Assembly (NCBI GenBank): GCA_048571215.1
Contig: CP182352.1
Location: 1,952,001 to 2,016,000 of the forward strand
Length of the DNA stretch: 64,000 nt
Direction of reading: 5' to 3'
Source: Halarcobacter sp.
GTDB taxonomy: Bacteria > Campylobacterota > Campylobacteria > Campylobacterales > Arcobacteraceae
The position numbers and the translations under genes are program-made. The notes beneath the pieces are model-generated. The model had not been told where the DNA came from. It saw only the letters and a list, made by a program, of their open reading frames with translations, and made no database searches. Positions 9,964 through 21,563 of the stretch are shown here, one piece after another (the stretch's first letter is position 1; each line of letters opens with the position of its first letter).

Positions 9964-11166
9964 TTAAATTTTAACCTCACTAGCATACATTTTATCATTC
10001 AGCTTTAAAGTGGTTTCAAAACCTTGTTTTGGATTTTTTGGAACTAAAAAAGATAAAATAAAAGATAAAACTGCAATTGATGCACCAATTACAAAAACTA
10101 AAGAACTAGAGTATAACCAAACCATTCCTAAAAGTACTGGTAAAAATACTGCTGCAATATGATTTATAGTAAAACTAACAGCACTCGCACTTGCAATATC
10201 TTTTGGATCTGCTATTTTTTGAAAATATGTTTTAAGGGCTATTGCCATAGAAAACAACAAATGATCAACTACATATAAACAAAAAGCAATATAGATATTT
10301 TCAACATAAGCGTATGAAACAAATACCAAGATAAGTCCTAGATATTCTAATCTTAAAGTTAGTCTCTCCCCTACTTTTGCAATAAACTTTCCAATTTTTG
10401 GCGCAAAATATATATTTAAAACAGAGTTTACAAATAAAAGTACAACCATATTGTGAACATCTACACCAAACTTTTCTACAAGTAAAAAACCTGCAAATAC
10501 AATAAATATCTGTCTTCTAGCACCTGCAAAAAAGGTTAAAACATAAAAAAGCCAATACTCTTTTTTTAAAACTAGTTTTTTTTCTTGTACCACATCATCT
10601 TTAAAATGTTCAAATAAAATCCAAGCTAAAATACCAATAATAAATGTTGTTCCGCCAAAAAATGCATACACATATTTATACTCAATAGAGTAGTTGCTCA
10701 TCATAAAATATATCAATACAAAAGCAAATAAAGAGGTAAAAGATTTAGCTGCTGTAATTTTTCCCAAAACTATAGGAGCTTTATCTTTACTCAACCATTG
10801 TAAAGATAGAGATTGGTTTAAAGTCTCCAAATAATGAAACCCCATAGACATAATAACTGTTGTGATATAAAGTCCAAAGGCATTTGGGAAAAATCCAGTT
10901 AGTAAAATTCCCAAACCTAATAACATCATAGAGATGAAAGCTAGCCTTTGTTGGGCTATAAACATAATAGCAAGTACCACAGTAAAAGCTAAAAAACCAG
11001 GAATCTCTCTAAGACTTTGTAAAATTCCTATTTGACTACCATCAAATGATGCTACTTCAATAACAAAGTTATTTAATAAACTCATCCATGCTGAAAAAGA
11101 AAACACCATAGATATTGACATAATATAAAGAAGTGCTTCACGAGACTTAAACATATTTTTTACCAT
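9964..11166 (-). CDS. MFS transporter
   Basis: About 12 TM helices, SLREIPGFLAF, GARRQIF, FTINHIAAV. Confidence 0.8.
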   Translation of the reverse strand: MVKNMFKSREALLYIMSISMVFSFSAWMSLLNNFVIEVASFDGSQIGILQSLREIPGFLAFTVVLAIMFIAQQRLAFISMMLLGLGILLTGFFPNAFGLYITTVIMSMGFHYLETLNQSLSLQWLSKDKAPIVLGKITAAKSFTSLFAFVLIYFMMSNYSIEYKYVYAFFGGTTFIIGILAWILFEHFKDDVVQEKKLVLKKEYWLFYVLTFFAGARRQIFIVFAGFLLVEKFGVDVHNMVVLLFVNSVLNIYFAPKIGKFIAKVGERLTLRLEYLGLILVFVSYAYVENIYIAFCLYVVDHLLFSMAIALKTYFQKIADPKDIASASAVSFTINHIAAVFLPVLLGMVWLYSSSLVFVIGASIAVLSFILSFLVPKNPKQGFETTLKLNDKMYASEVKI

Positions 11167-11876
11167 AATATACCAGCTATCAATTTAATTGCTAAAGCTG
11201 ACAAAAGAATTTTTAAAACTATCATAAACTTTTTCCCATCTATTTTATCCCTAAGTTTTGTACCCATCCAGCTTCCAGCTATTGCTCCAATTATCATGGC
11301 AGTTAAAACTGTAATATAATCAAAAAATACAAAACCAAAAAACATAAAAGCAAGTACTTTTAAAGTATGAGTTATACTCTTCAAAGCAGCAGCTGTAGCT
11401 ACTATCGTATCTTTTTCATTGTAATCTTTTACAAGTAGTGATGTAGCTAAAGGGCCTGTTGCTCCAACAACTATAGATAAACCTGTTTGAAGGAAACCAA
11501 CTAGTACATAACTTTCATATCTTTCAATCTTAGCATTAAATTTATTACTCCATAAAGACAATAAAATATATACCCCAATAAATAAAGGAACATACTCTAA
11601 AGAGATAAAATACAAAATTGAAGCAAAAAAAGATATTCCTAAAATAGAACCAAGTAAAAACTTAGGTATAACTTCCACTTTAATATCTTTATATCCAAAG
11701 ATAGCTCTTGATAGGTTACTTGACATTTGGGTTAAACCATGTACAGGTATTATTGCATTTACAGGCAAAAATGAAGGTAAAACAGCAATAAGTATCATAC
11801 CACCACCAAGTCCAATGATTCCCGCAATAGTTGAAGTGAAAAAAGTGACAAGTCCTAAAATTAATTCTGTAGGCAT
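11160..11876 (-). CDS. TauE/SafE (TSUP) family membrane transporter
   Basis: GIIGLGGG, VGATGPL, GSWMGTKL pattern. Confidence 0.85.
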   Translation of the reverse strand: MPTELILGLVTFFTSTIAGIIGLGGGMILIAVLPSFLPVNAIIPVHGLTQMSSNLSRAIFGYKDIKVEVIPKFLLGSILGISFFASILYFISLEYVPLFIGVYILLSLWSNKFNAKIERYESYVLVGFLQTGLSIVVGATGPLATSLLVKDYNEKDTIVATAAALKSITHTLKVLAFMFFGFVFFDYITVLTAMIIGAIAGSWMGTKLRDKIDGKKFMIVLKILLSALAIKLIAGILW

Positions 11877-11987
11877 TTAACGTCTTTATAAAAAATTTAT
11901 CGTAAAATACCAAAATTAGACTTAGTGAACAAAATACTTTTAAAATATAGAATTATTTTTAAGAAAAAATTTACGTAAAGGAAAGGT

Positions 11988-12248
11988 ATGAAAAAAATAT
12001 TTTTAGTTTTTTTTATAGTGATTTTAAATACAACTATTTTTTTTGCATATGAAAACCAAAAAGGTAAGATTGATATGCATGGAGGGAAAAGTGAAAGACT
12101 CACTTCAAAAAATGCCTTAAATATGGCTGTGGGTTTAGGAACAGTCTTAAATAAAAAAGAAGATAAACAAATAGAAAAAAAAGATAAGAATTTTATCAAT
12201 GTAGATAAGATAGAAAAGATAGAAAATATAAAGGAAAAAAATGACTAA
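11988..12248 (+). CDS. Small hypothetical exported protein
   Basis: Signal-peptide-like N-terminus, AAGG RBS, overlaps xth start. Confidence 0.6.
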   Translation: MKKIFLVFFIVILNTTIFFAYENQKGKIDMHGGKSERLTSKNALNMAVGLGTVLNKKEDKQIEKKDKNFINVDKIEKIENIKEKND

Positions 12249-13026
12249 ATATAAATTTGTATCATGGAATGTAAATGGAATAAGAGCAGTTGATAAAAAA
12301 GAAGCTTTAAAATGGGTTGATGAAGCAAATATTGATTTATTAGGGATCCAAGAAACAAAATCAATGAAAACACAAATTCCAAATACAATTTTTGATAAAG
12401 AATTCAAAACTATAACAGCAAGTGAATCAGCTATAAAAGGACGTTCTGGAACTGCCCTTTTTACAGATATAGATATAAATTTTGAATCTACTTGTCCAAG
12501 TGTTGATATCTTAGAAGAGGGAAGAATAAACGAAGTTCATTTTACTTTAGCAGATAAAGATATAGCATTTTTTAATGTTTATTTTCCAAATGGTCAAAGT
12601 AAAGAGGAGAGACTAGTATATAAAATGGAGTTTTATGATAGATTTTTAGAATATTGTGAAGCTTTAAAAAAAGAGGGAAAATCGATAATAATATGTGGGG
12701 ATGTAAATACAGCTCATACTGAAATAGATATAGCAAGACCAAAAGCAAATGAAAAAACATCTGGTTTTTTACCAATGGAAAGAGATTGGATAACAAAATT
12801 TTTAGCTCATGGTTATATAGATACTTTTAGACACATAAATGGTGATGTAAAAGATCACTATAGCTGGTGGAGTTATAGAGCAAATGCAAGAGCAAATAAT
12901 GTTGGCTGGAGAATCGACTACTTTTATGTAAGTGATGATTTAAAAGACTACGTAAAAGATGCTTATATTATGAGTGATATTATGGGAAGCGACCACTGCC
13001 CTATTGGTTTGGAAATTGAAGTATAA
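12241..13026 (+). CDS. xth: Exodeoxyribonuclease III
   Basis: SWNVNGIRA, IQETK, NVYFPNG, GDVNTAH, YSWWSYR, GWRIDYF, SDHCP. Confidence 0.95.
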   Translation: MTKYKFVSWNVNGIRAVDKKEALKWVDEANIDLLGIQETKSMKTQIPNTIFDKEFKTITASESAIKGRSGTALFTDIDINFESTCPSVDILEEGRINEVHFTLADKDIAFFNVYFPNGQSKEERLVYKMEFYDRFLEYCEALKKEGKSIIICGDVNTAHTEIDIARPKANEKTSGFLPMERDWITKFLAHGYIDTFRHINGDVKDHYSWWSYRANARANNVGWRIDYFYVSDDLKDYVKDAYIMSDIMGSDHCPIGLEIEV

Positions 13027-13388
13027 GAGATCTCTCTTATACTCATGAAACTATTTAAAAACAATTCTTTTTAATATACTAAATATATGCACTAGACTAA
13101 AAATATCTCCTTAAAACCCGACATTTTATTAAAAATTCTTAAAATTTAGTATTAAATTTAAAATTAAGATACTTAAATAAGCATAATATTAATCTTTATT
13201 TAATAAAAAAGTAACAAAACTAAATAAATTAAAACAATATTAGCAACATAGAACTTTATGGGATTATAAGTTTTACAAATACTACTTTAAATTTAATTAT
13301 AATTTTTATATATAAGTAAAGATAAAGAAATTAAGTTTTTTATTATTTAACAAGCACTATAATTTTACATATCCACAAGGAGTTTGAT

Positions 13389-14975
13389 ATGTATCCTTTT
13401 AAACAAAAACTGTTCTTTTGCTCACTTGTAAGTTTTTTTTTGTCTTCTTTTTCTTTAATTGCAGATGAAAATCTTCCCACACTAAAAATAAAAAATGATT
13501 TTTATTTAGAGTACAATGATATTTCAGGTCCTAAGGCTTCAAGTTCAACGTTAACCAATGGATTAACATATTACAACCTAATTAACTTTTACACAAAAGG
13601 TATCTATTCTAATTATAGATATAATTTAAATTTGGGTATAAAGTTAACTGATAATAAAAATAAAGATGTAAAAAAAATATCTTTAGTTAATTTATCAGGA
13701 AAAGTCACTAAAAAAAATCATACATTAGAGCTTGGTGACTATATCAAATCTTTTTCAAAGTACTCTTTGAATAGTTCACTCAAAGGTGCAGCTTACACCT
13801 ACTATGATAAGGTAAATACTATTGATTTTCTCTATGGTATAGCCTATCCAAGATGGGATAGTTTTTGGGATAATGAAACAGATACCCTAAAAAGAGAAGT
13901 AGTAGCAGCTAGATATAATAAAAAAGTTAACGATGAATTATCTGTTGGTATAGATGTAGTTAATTCCAATGATAAAGATGACCCAAATTCAACATTAACA
14001 TTATTTGAAACAAACCTTATAACAGTAAATACAACATATAGACCAATTAAAGGACTAAAGCTTTATGGTGAATACTCATTTTCAGACAATGAATCAAATA
14101 CTTCAGGAGTCATAAGTAAGCAAAATGGTTCAGCAATATTTCTTCAAGCTATAGGGAATAAAAATCCAAGTAGAGTCCAACTAGAATATGAAAGGGTATC
14201 ACCTGATTATAAAACAGTTACAGGTTCTGCAACCCAAGATAGAGAAAAATTTAAAGCGAAATGGAGATATAAAATCACTAAACTTACTACAATAAATAGT
14301 GGTTTTTTATGGTTTAAAGATAACCTTAATAATACAAAAACAAATACTACAAATACTTATAGACCAGATATTGGTGTTACTTTCAAAAAATTATTTGATC
14401 GTAGATATTCTGTTCTTGACTTAAGTTATAAGTTAAACTATATTGATAAAGGTATAACTAAAACATCAGATGACATGTATAATATAAATTATAAAGATAA
14501 ATATGGAATAATCAATTCTGATACAAATTTAACTTATAATATTTATGATACAAAATCAAATATTAGATCTCAAAAAGATTTTAAATTTAATACTACCATC
14601 AACTCAAGACATACCTTTGATGATTTAGTTCTTAAACCATCATTGATTTTAGGAACTTGGGATATGAATGATGAATTAACAAATAATGGTGATAATAAAT
14701 ATTATCAAGCTGCCGTTGGTTTAGGAGTTCAAATACCAAGTAAAAAACTTAGCACCTCAATAAAAATAGGTAAAAATAAATCAACAAGAGATGTAGGAGA
14801 TGATTTAGATAAACTATTTGCATCTTTTGATTTATATTGGAGAATAGGAAATTATAATATATTTAAAGATGTGATGGTATATGTTAAATCATATTTAAAT
14901 GATTATAGTTATACTACATCAACAAATAATTACCAAGAAAGAAGTTTCACTCTTGGTGTAAGACTAACATTTTAA
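13389..14975 (+). CDS. Putative outer-membrane beta-barrel protein
   Basis: Signal peptide, alternating aromatic/hydrophobic beta strands, C-terminal TLGVRLTF beta-signal. Confidence 0.7.
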   Translation: MYPFKQKLFFCSLVSFFLSSFSLIADENLPTLKIKNDFYLEYNDISGPKASSSTLTNGLTYYNLINFYTKGIYSNYRYNLNLGIKLTDNKNKDVKKISLVNLSGKVTKKNHTLELGDYIKSFSKYSLNSSLKGAAYTYYDKVNTIDFLYGIAYPRWDSFWDNETDTLKREVVAARYNKKVNDELSVGIDVVNSNDKDDPNSTLTLFETNLITVNTTYRPIKGLKLYGEYSFSDNESNTSGVISKQNGSAIFLQAIGNKNPSRVQLEYERVSPDYKTVTGSATQDREKFKAKWRYKITKLTTINSGFLWFKDNLNNTKTNTTNTYRPDIGVTFKKLFDRRYSVLDLSYKLNYIDKGITKTSDDMYNINYKDKYGIINSDTNLTYNIYDTKSNIRSQKDFKFNTTINSRHTFDDLVLKPSLILGTWDMNDELTNNGDNKYYQAAVGLGVQIPSKKLSTSIKIGKNKSTRDVGDDLDKLFASFDLYWRIGNYNIFKDVMVYVKSYLNDYSYTTSTNNYQERSFTLGVRLTF

Positions 14976-14984
14976 GGATTTATT

Positions 14985-16280
14985 ATGAAAAATAAACTAT
15001 TAATATTATTGATAACTTTATTGTGCATTGTACCAAGTATTGAAGCAAAATGGTGGATATTCGGTGGTTCAGAAGAAGAAGTTGGTTTTGATTATTTATA
15101 TGTAGGAGATTTATCTTTTGATGATATAAACCAAGAGGCGATTATCTTAAAAAGCAGTTTAGATGAGGGATATTTACATATAAGAGGGAAAGGTTATTCC
15201 GGTAAAAATCAAATTGGAAATATAAGTATATCTTTAGATGGTGCTAAAACTTGGAAGAAAATAAAATTTGAAAAAGATGGTGGATTTGATTATACATTCG
15301 AACCAAATCTTGATAGTACCTATGATATTTATGTAAAAATCATAGATACAGCAGGAAAGTCAAACGAAATTGAAGATTCCCATGTAAAAATAAGTTTAAG
15401 TGACCTTGATGTAGAAGAACAAATTGAAAAAACATTAAATGCATTAAGAGATGCTTACCAAAATGAAAACTATATAGACTTTATGAAATATGTATCTACA
15501 AACTTTGAGGGAGATGATGTAACTTTAGAAAGGGCTATAATAAAAGACTTCTCTGTACTTGAAGATATAAATATTGACTTCAATATTAACAGTGTAGCTT
15601 TTTCAGATAATAAATATTATGCTTCTATCTCTTTTAATAGACGTGTTACATCTGCTTATAATGCTTCTTTAATAAGTGATTCAGGAGTAACAGAATTTAC
15701 ATTTTCTGTAGGAAAAAATGGAGCAATGTTACTTTCAATGAAACACCCATTGATTTTTGGTTTAACTTATGCAAATGATGTAGCTACTGGAGTTGTAGCC
15801 TCTGCTTTAAATAATGATAAGTATTTAACTATAAGTGATGATGGTACAATAAAAGAAGAATCTCTACAAACTATAAGTGAAGGTGGAGCTGGAGATGATT
15901 ATTCTACTAGTGGTTCATTTACTTTAGAAACAAGTTGTACTCCCCCTTGTAATACAGCAGATGGATTTAATTTTACAGATGACAATAAAACAACACTAAT
16001 ATCAAATAGTGAAATCTATAAAGAGATAAATATGCTTTGGGGACAATCAGGAACTACTATGCAAGAATTAGGAGATGTAAGTATCTCTAATATAACTGTT
16101 CCTGATTCAGGTTATAATCCTAGTGCCATGTTAAATGACTTTGAAACTATTGCTATAAGATTGGCTAACAATACTTATGCAGTGATAAAAGTAACAAATC
16201 TTATTGATTTAGGTGGTGGTGCTTTTAGAGTTACTTTTGATTATAAATATAATCCAGGTGGGTCAAGAACCTTTCCTTAA
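14985..16280 (+). CDS. Secreted multidomain protein (Ig-like + NTF2-like + beta-rich C-terminal domain)
   Basis: Signal peptide; ISLDGAKTWK..IYVKIIDTAGK Ig-like pattern; IEKTLNALRDAYQNEN..FMKYVS NTF2/SnoaL-like pattern. Confidence 0.65.
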   Translation: MKNKLLILLITLLCIVPSIEAKWWIFGGSEEEVGFDYLYVGDLSFDDINQEAIILKSSLDEGYLHIRGKGYSGKNQIGNISISLDGAKTWKKIKFEKDGGFDYTFEPNLDSTYDIYVKIIDTAGKSNEIEDSHVKISLSDLDVEEQIEKTLNALRDAYQNENYIDFMKYVSTNFEGDDVTLERAIIKDFSVLEDINIDFNINSVAFSDNKYYASISFNRRVTSAYNASLISDSGVTEFTFSVGKNGAMLLSMKHPLIFGLTYANDVATGVVASALNNDKYLTISDDGTIKEESLQTISEGGAGDDYSTSGSFTLETSCTPPCNTADGFNFTDDNKTTLISNSEIYKEINMLWGQSGTTMQELGDVSISNITVPDSGYNPSAMLNDFETIAIRLANNTYAVIKVTNLIDLGGGAFRVTFDYKYNPGGSRTFP

Positions 16281-16298
16281 TCTCTAAAGGAGATTGTC

Positions 16299-19200
16299 AT
16301 GAAAAGATTAATATATATCTTATTTTTGCTATCTTGTTTCTTTATTAGTAATATAATTGCTGATGAAGAAACAGAAGCCTCACTAGCACAAATCAAAGCC
16401 CAAATAGATGAACTTGAAATTGCAAAAGTTAACTTACAAAAAATAATTAAAGTCAATGAACCAGAAATAGATAAAACCTCTAATATGATAATCCAACTAC
16501 TTAAGGTTGAAAAAGAGCTAGATTCAGCAATAAAAAAGAATATATATAAAACATTAATTGCTGGTAATATCAATGTTATATTAGAGATTCAAGGTTCATC
16601 AAATGCAGGTAAAATACTTGACTTGGGTACTTGGGTAGTTGGGAAAGTTGCAGGAGTAAGTATGGAAAAAAGTGGATTATTTAGTAGCCCTGCTTACTAT
16701 ACAAAAAAAATGACCCAACTAAATGAGCAAAATATCAGATTAACTGTAGAATTAAAAGAGTTATATGAAGCAAGTAAAAAATCTGATGATGAGATTCAAA
16801 AACATTATGATACCCATAAAAAGAATGATTTTTTTTATGATAGTGGCTTAGGTACTCTAGGAACTATACAATACAGAATGAAATTAGTTTTAAGTAAAGT
16901 TTCTCCTACTATTATGTCTCTAAAACAATTACGAACAAATCATAGACAAGTTGTAAATCAAGCAAAAAATGAGTTAGAATTGACACGTGAAGGTATCGCT
17001 CTTTTAAGAGATAGGTATCAAGAACTAAATAATGCTAAAGATAAAAAAGAGGATAAAAATAAACTTGAAGAAAAACTTGCAAAAATTGATGATGTAAAAA
17101 GAGAAATAAAACTCTCATCTTCTGATATTACAGTTAATGTACCTGACAAATGTAAATATTATGAAGATAAGGCAAATAGTTTACTAAATAATTATATTAG
17201 TCTATCAAAAAGATATGAAACTGTTTATGAAATTTATAATGAAAAAATGAATAAATTCTATGCAGAAAAAGAAGAAAAATTAAATAGTATAAACAAAGAA
17301 TTTGAGAAAAAAACAAAAGAGATATTTAAAAAATATCCAAATACTGCATATTATACTCCTCAAACAATGAGTTTTGAATATAATAGAGAATTACCTTTTG
17401 CAAAATTATTATCAAATACAAGATACTCACATAATGAATATACATCAGCCAAAAAATCATATATAAGCTCTATTAAAGAGTTATCACATAATATCTTAAA
17501 TGGTATTCCTGGAGAGTCTGAAGAAAAAATATTAAGTCAATTAATAGCAGATATAAATGCTACAGTCTCAGGATATTCTTCATTAATTAATAGCAAACAG
17601 TGTAGTTCAACAAAATCCGTAGAAAGAGAAATAGTTACCTATGAACCAATATATGAAGTAGTTGATGGTATTAATATCATAGTAGGTGAAAAAAAAGTTC
17701 TAAAAATAATCTATGTAGATGTTCAATATTTTAAATCAACAAACTATAGAACCTATGATAATCTATATCCATATTCTCAACTCAAAGAGCATTTAGTAAT
17801 CTCAAAATTAAAAGTATTGAAAAAGAATTTACTTTCAGATATAGAAAGAAAGACAACTCAAGTTAAAAATGAAGAGAAATCATTTGCAGACCAATACATT
17901 AAAATTAGAATCCATTTCAGAAAGATAGAAAATGAAATAAAAATAGCACTTAATCAATATATAGAAAATGAAAATGAAATAATCCCTTTTAATAGACAAT
18001 ATATACAAAAACTTAAAAAACTTTTAGATTATTATAAAAATAAAAACATATTTGATAGAAAAAGTGATGGAACACATAAAGAGTATCTCATTGTCAAAGA
18101 TGATTGGTTACTTCCAAAAGATATAGATGAAAAAAATTCTTGTGAAAAAATACAAAACATAAAAAATAAAATTCTTTCACCACAAATTCAAAATATTGTT
18201 TTATTAGAAAAAGAAATAGATTCCCTACAAAATTCTAGATTACCAAGGCTTTATATACCTACTTATGGATATGTACACTTCCCAGGACTCGCTGCAACAG
18301 CAGAAAATTTAAAAAAAACAAGTGATAAATTGTGGGGAAAACGTACTGATTTAAATTTGATAAGATTAGATAATTATTCTAATTTATCATCTTTATTTAA
18401 CAAAATTTCTAATAATAAATTCTATCAATTATCAATATTAAATGGTGGCATATTTATAGAAATCCATGATAATCAAGTAAAAGCAGCACGTGAAATAATA
18501 AATGTACTAAAAAATACAATAATAATTGTAAAAGGTGATATTAATCAAAAAAGAATCCACAGGGATACCTATAAAGAGAATAAATCTATTTATGACACTC
18601 AATTAAAAAAATTCAAAAATGAACTCTCATGTTTAGGAAAGGATGAATCATATAATAAACAAATTAGACCTTTATTTGAAGAACTAAAAAACCTTCTTCC
18701 AAAACTAAAATCAAAATCTGTATTTATAAATGCAAATAAATATATAAATCAATTAGAAAATTTTAAAAAAGAAGTTGAGAATTTTGGAATAAGTGATTCA
18801 TCAAATCATGAAAAAAAATATAAAGTATTATTAGCTAAGTATAATAATTATGATAAAGAGATAAACTCAAAAAAAGAGTTATTTTTCTCTTTAGACTTTG
18901 AAAAACTATATAAACTTTTAAATGAAATATATCCTCTTTTTGAAGCCCATAGAATACATATAGAGGAGAAAAATAAAAGTGGAAATGAAGATGCCAATCA
19001 AGAACTTATAAAAGATTTGTATAAAAACTTTACAAATTTTTATTCCAATAAAAACCTTCCATCTTTAATGAATCTATTATCAGACCAATGGGAAAGTAGT
19101 AGTGATGGAACTACACTAATGGATTTAGAAGAGACATTAGATAACAGTTTTTCAGTTTTTGATGAAATAAATTGTTCAATTGAAAATTTAGATATATTTA

Positions 19201-19373
19201 AACTATCAGCAAATAAATATCAAATTAGTTATGTAATTACTATAAAAGGCTATATCTATGACAATGATATAAAACATCTAGAAAAATCCTCAGTTAAAGA
19301 AGAAGTGTTAATAGAAAACTCAAAAGCTAAAATATCAAAAACTTTAAATGGTAATTTTTGGCCCAATAATTAA
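16299..19373 (+). CDS. Large secreted coiled-coil protein with C-terminal NTF2-like domain
   Basis: Signal peptide, AAGGAG RBS, helical heptads; C-terminal IKDLYKNFTNFYSNKNLPSLMNLLS pattern. Confidence 0.65.
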   Translation: MKRLIYILFLLSCFFISNIIADEETEASLAQIKAQIDELEIAKVNLQKIIKVNEPEIDKTSNMIIQLLKVEKELDSAIKKNIYKTLIAGNINVILEIQGSSNAGKILDLGTWVVGKVAGVSMEKSGLFSSPAYYTKKMTQLNEQNIRLTVELKELYEASKKSDDEIQKHYDTHKKNDFFYDSGLGTLGTIQYRMKLVLSKVSPTIMSLKQLRTNHRQVVNQAKNELELTREGIALLRDRYQELNNAKDKKEDKNKLEEKLAKIDDVKREIKLSSSDITVNVPDKCKYYEDKANSLLNNYISLSKRYETVYEIYNEKMNKFYAEKEEKLNSINKEFEKKTKEIFKKYPNTAYYTPQTMSFEYNRELPFAKLLSNTRYSHNEYTSAKKSYISSIKELSHNILNGIPGESEEKILSQLIADINATVSGYSSLINSKQCSSTKSVEREIVTYEPIYEVVDGINIIVGEKKVLKIIYVDVQYFKSTNYRTYDNLYPYSQLKEHLVISKLKVLKKNLLSDIERKTTQVKNEEKSFADQYIKIRIHFRKIENEIKIALNQYIENENEIIPFNRQYIQKLKKLLDYYKNKNIFDRKSDGTHKEYLIVKDDWLLPKDIDEKNSCEKIQNIKNKILSPQIQNIVLLEKEIDSLQNSRLPRLYIPTYGYVHFPGLAATAENLKKTSDKLWGKRTDLNLIRLDNYSNLSSLFNKISNNKFYQLSILNGGIFIEIHDNQVKAAREIINVLKNTIIIVKGDINQKRIHRDTYKENKSIYDTQLKKFKNELSCLGKDESYNKQIRPLFEELKNLLPKLKSKSVFINANKYINQLENFKKEVENFGISDSSNHEKKYKVLLAKYNNYDKEINSKKELFFSLDFEKLYKLLNEIYPLFEAHRIHIEEKNKSGNEDANQELIKDLYKNFTNFYSNKNLPSLMNLLSDQWESSSDGTTLMDLEETLDNSFSVFDEINCSIENLDIFKLSANKYQISYVITIKGYIYDNDIKHLEKSSVKEEVLIENSKAKISKTLNGNFWPNN

Positions 19374-19456
19374 AGTATAGATTTAACTAGAATTTTTATT
19401 TTTTGAATTAATTTTTAAAAGATTCAATCTTTAAGATAAAAAATAAATAGGAAAGT

Positions 19457-21457
19457 TTAAAAACTTTCCCATTCATTATTATCATTATCTTTTGCTTTTA
19501 TTTCTAATGATGTTTTTTGTGGTTTTTTAACAGTTGCACTAGGCTGTTGTTTTACCATCTTCTGTGTTGTTGTATTTTCATCCAAAGTAATCACCTTTGC
19601 TTCAACACTATCTTTTCCAATAAACTCTTTTTGATTTGTATCAGAAATGATTAGTTTAGCAATCTGATCTGTTTGAGCTGCTACATCTCTTGTTTGGTTT
19701 GCTACAGATGCATTTTGTTGGGTTTGTTGATCAAGTTTAGTGATTGCATCATTGATTTGTTCTATACCACTTTGTTGCTCTTTTGAAGCACTTTCAATAT
19801 CATTTATTAAGCCTATAGTTTTAGTGATATTATCATTTAAACCAGTATATCCCTCAATCATTTTATCAGCTATGATTTTTCCATTGTTTGCTTTTTGAGT
19901 AGCATTTCCAACTAATGTTTTAATCTCATTTGCTGCTTCTGCACTTCTTGTTGCTAAGTTTCTAACCTCTTGGGCAACTACTGCAAACCCTTTACCTGCT
20001 TCACCAGCAGTTGCTGCTTCTACAGCTGCATTTAAAGAAAGTATATTTGTTTGAAATGCAATTTGGTCAATTACTGTAATCGCTTCATTAATTGCAGTTA
20101 CTTGTTGATTTATTTCATCCATAGATATAGTTGTATCTTTAGCTAAAGACTCACCCTCTTTTGCTGATGATGTAACATGAGAAGCAAAATTTGCCATTTT
20201 TATTACATTTTCAGTATTGCTTGTGATTGTACCAGTCATCTCTTCTAAAGCTGCTGCTGTTTCTTCCAAAGAAGCTGCTGTTTCATTTGAAACACTATTT
20301 AACAAATTTACATTTTTAAGAAGAACATTAGCACTATTACCCAAGGTTAAACCATTAGATTTATTTTCTACAAGCATATTATTGATTATATCTGCCAAAC
20401 TATTAAGACCTTTTGCTACACCACCCTCATCATTTTCTATTCTTTTTGTAAAGTCAAAAGATGCGTAACTATTTAAGACTTCAGTGATTTTATTTACATC
20501 TTCACAAATATTTTTAGATGTACCTTTTATCATCTGATTAAAAGTAACTTTTAGCTCTTCAAGACTTTGATTTTGTGTACTTTTTTCTATAGTTTTAGTA
20601 AATCTTCCTTGATTTACCTCTTCTACAACATCTTTTACATCTTCAATTAAAGCATTATCCTCTTCAATTAAATCTTTTGTTTTTTTAATATTCTCATTTA
20701 CTACCTCAGCCATTTTTGATATTTCATCTTTTTTTGAAGTATCAAGTAGTTTTATATCTAAAACCTCTCTATTTAGAAACCTAAAGAATTCTAAAAGACC
20801 TTGTTGGAAATTTGTAATTGAAGAATTAATACTTTTACTAAGAACTATAGTAAAGATTATTGTAACTACAACAATTATTATAGAGATAATCATAAAAAAT
20901 ATAAATGAATCATCAATAATAGCTGTAGTATGATTTTTATTTGTCTCAATTACACTATACGTTTTCCCTGTAAAATAATCCATCGCATCTCTAGTTGATT
21001 CATAGTTTTTAAGATAAGAATTATAATAAAGGTTTTGTGCTTCCTCAATCCTATTTGATTTAACCAAATCTATAGCATCCTTTGTATCTTTTTCCCAAGA
21101 AGAATAATATTTATCAAATTCATCAAATTTAGTTTGTTCAGCTTTTAAATCTTCCAAAAGAAGTTTTTTAAATTTGTCAAACCTTTGTCTAACTTGTTCA
21201 AGGTTATCTAAGACGCCTTTTTTTATAGTCTTTTCAATATTTTTATTACTATTTATTATTTGTAGTAATGCAACATTTGATTGATATGAATCCCTATCAG
21301 CTTCTAAAAGATAAGTAACACCTTTATAATCTTTTTTAGTTAACATATCTACATTCATTTGTATCTTTGATATATTAAAAGATATAAAAATCGCCGAAAC
21401 CAATGATAGTATTATTAGAACACTAAAAGTAATTATTATTTTTTTCTTAATATTCAT
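19457..21457 (-). CDS. Methyl-accepting chemotaxis protein
   Basis: [37 protein letters not shown]; two TMs flanking a helical sensor; start set to ATG 21457. Confidence 0.95.
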   Translation of the reverse strand: MNIKKKIIITFSVLIILSLVSAIFISFNISKIQMNVDMLTKKDYKGVTYLLEADRDSYQSNVALLQIINSNKNIEKTIKKGVLDNLEQVRQRFDKFKKLLLEDLKAEQTKFDEFDKYYSSWEKDTKDAIDLVKSNRIEEAQNLYYNSYLKNYESTRDAMDYFTGKTYSVIETNKNHTTAIIDDSFIFFMIISIIIVVVTIIFTIVLSKSINSSITNFQQGLLEFFRFLNREVLDIKLLDTSKKDEISKMAEVVNENIKKTKDLIEEDNALIEDVKDVVEEVNQGRFTKTIEKSTQNQSLEELKVTFNQMIKGTSKNICEDVNKITEVLNSYASFDFTKRIENDEGGVAKGLNSLADIINNMLVENKSNGLTLGNSANVLLKNVNLLNSVSNETAASLEETAAALEEMTGTITSNTENVIKMANFASHVTSSAKEGESLAKDTTISMDEINQQVTAINEAITVIDQIAFQTNILSLNAAVEAATAGEAGKGFAVVAQEVRNLATRSAEAANEIKTLVGNATQKANNGKIIADKMIEGYTGLNDNITKTIGLINDIESASKEQQSGIEQINDAITKLDQQTQQNASVANQTRDVAAQTDQIAKLIISDTNQKEFIGKDSVEAKVITLDENTTTQKMVKQQPSATVKKPQKTSLEIKAKDNDNNEWESF

Positions 21458-21563
21458 TCTTACTTCCCCCACTATTTGATATATACAAATTATATTTGTA
21501 AATAGTCAAGAAGTAGTCAAGAATATAAAAGATTAAAATTTATTCTTATAAAGATGCTTATTT

